A stretch of DNA of 64,000 nt from Giardia intestinalis (taxonomy: Eukaryota), in assembly GCA_000002435.2 (NCBI GenBank), contig CM018793.1. One strand, written 5' to 3'. The translations under genes and the position numbers were made by a program. This document shows, piece after piece, positions 62,711-64,000 of the stretch. The notes beneath the pieces were generated by a model. It worked only from the letters and a program-made list of their open reading frames with translations. It did not search any database and had not been told where the DNA came from. How positions within the stretch are numbered: position 1 is the stretch's first letter; every line of letters starts with the position of its first letter.

Positions 62711-64000
62711 CAGAGGCACATACAACACCACCAACCTCAGCCCCTCCAGCCCCTCCAGCCCCTCCGGCCTCACCGCCCTAACTCCCCTCGCCTCCCCACC
62801 ATCCGAACCCACTGAGACCCAAGTGACCGCGACCGTAGAGCGCTGCCCGGGCCACAGCCGGACGGACACCGAGGGCCCAGCCAGCGGAGAGCCCGGTGGC
62901 AGCCCCTGACAGACAGGAGCATCTAAAAAACAGCGACCGGAGCTTCACCCACCACGAAGGAAGACCATGGAGAGGCGCCACGGGTAGAGTAGAGAGCCTG
63001 CGAGAAGGCCTGAATCCAAGATAGATCGGCATGGACATCCAGACAGAGCATATCCTCATGGAGCGGCGAGGAATGCCCAGATTCTGGATGTGTCACTGGA
63101 GAGGGCTCTCCGTCATGTTATTCATGACCAACCCTCGTCCTTAGACTGGTCAGAGCTTGAGCGAGGATCACTCGCACGACCTCTGGGCGATCCTCAGATA
63201 GCCCCGGCAGAATAGCGTAATAAGCCATATACAGTGACGTGTTTACTACCTAAGTCACGCCTTCCCCCTACACACGAACCACCAGCAGAGGAACCCTATG
63301 AGACCCCCGACGACGACGATGACTGCGACGGAGATCCCCGCTATGGCCCCCGTGGAGAGCCCGCTCCTATTACTGCCAGTGGACACACAGGAGGCCCCAC
63401 TGCTGTCAGGGCTGTACCCACTGCTGCATGTACAGACAGAGTTATCGTCAATGGAGTTCTCGGGACAGCTATCCACGCATGACTTCCTCCCGGGGCTCAC
63501 CTTCTTGTTAGGTCCACACTTTTCACATACGTCATTCTCGCTACAGTTACTACATCCGTCTACGGAGCATGTGAAGCACCCTGTTCCGGCAACATTGGGT
63601 TTGTTGGTCTGTGTTGTACATTCTGTGCACACAATTGCGGATACTGTAGCTAAAGCAGAAGGTGATGATGGAGCGCATTTCTTACAGTCTGCTATCCCTT
63701 CTGAGCATTTCTTGCACATCTTTCCATGAGTAGGGTCGTCAGTATCATCAGTGAAGTAAGTTTTATCAGTAGTACATTCGTTACTATTAACACATGTATT
63801 AGAGTCCTCGGTTTCGCCCTTTTTTAGATATGGTTTGCTGGCTGTTGCCTTACATTTTGTGCACTTGTTTTCGCCTGCATCACACTTAGCGCAATTATCA
63901 TTATCAGTACAACGTGTGCATACTGCCTTGTTAGATGCAACGAAGAATCCTTCAAGACATGACTCACATGCAGCAATCTTATTTTCGTTACCTGTTCCTC
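62711..64000. repeat. right arm of the inverted repeat (continues past the window end)
   Basis: Mirror copy of 59871..61162. Only an indel and a mismatch are visible near the inner junction (ttggtggtggttgtatgcgcc vs ttggtggtgttgtatgtgcc). Confidence 0.9.
63255..64000 (-). CDS. variant-specific surface protein, inverted duplicate of VSP2 (5' part lies outside the window)
   Basis: The minus-strand translation is identical to VSP2 residues ~172-419 and ends CRGKA-stop. Minus-strand ACTTAGGTAGTAAAC lies at 63241..63255. Confidence 0.9.
   Translation of the reverse strand, partial: GTGNENKIAACESCLEGFFVASNKAVCTRCTDNDNCAKCDAGENKCTKCKATASKPYLKKGETEDSNTCVNSNECTTDKTYFTDDTDDPTHGKMCKKCSEGIADCKKCAPSSPSALATVSAIVCTECTTQTNKPNVAGTGCFTCSVDGCSNCSENDVCEKCGPNKKVSPGRKSCVDSCPENSIDDNSVCTCSSGYSPDSSGASCVSTGSNRSGLSTGAIAGISVAVIVVVGGLIGFLCWWFVCRGKA

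Noticed and set aside
1-64000. Prokaryote-style features (CRISPR arrays, operon terminators, IS elements)
   Set aside because: The sequence is eukaryotic (Giardia). No direct-repeat/spacer arrays and no transposase ORFs are present.

Overview
This is eukaryotic DNA, almost certainly Giardia intestinalis (lamblia) nuclear sequence. The evidence: long intron-free ORFs packed 0-250 bp apart; AT-rich initiator elements directly upstream of the ATGs; and two variant-specific surface protein (VSP) genes with CxxC-rich ectodomains ending in the invariant C-terminal CRGKA, each followed by the vsp-type extended poly(A) signal ACTTAGGTAGTAAAC. The surrounding genes belong to families typical of Giardia: an ankyrin-repeat 'protein 21.1'-like gene with a RING finger, and a NEK-like ankyrin kinase that appears catalytically dead. 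The window holds about 28 protein-coding genes. Housekeeping: ribosomal protein S2/uS5, glycogen phosphorylase, a DEAD-box helicase, a DHHC palmitoyltransferase, a Nudix hydrolase, a prefoldin subunit, and a UTP18-like WD protein. Giardia/lineage-specific: many hypothetical proteins, among them a 2729-aa low-complexity coiled-coil protein, a B-box/coiled-coil protein, and two type I membrane glycoproteins. The most notable structures are: (a) VSP1 (26018..27610), which carries 4.9 perfectly identical 105-bp tandem repeats; (b) a near-perfect inverted duplication of VSP2 plus about 550 bp of its 3' flank (left arm at least 59871..61162, right arm 62711..64000 and beyond), arranged tail-to-tail around a unique 1.55-kb GC-rich core; (c) a 4.8-kb stretch with no ORF longer than about 105 aa (54589..59357) upstream of VSP2, unusual for this compact genome. 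The ORF track uses alternative start codons (TTG/GTG), so several starts were moved to the first ATG that sits behind an AT-rich initiator. No tRNA or rRNA gene, CRISPR array, or telomeric TAGGG array was recognised by eye.
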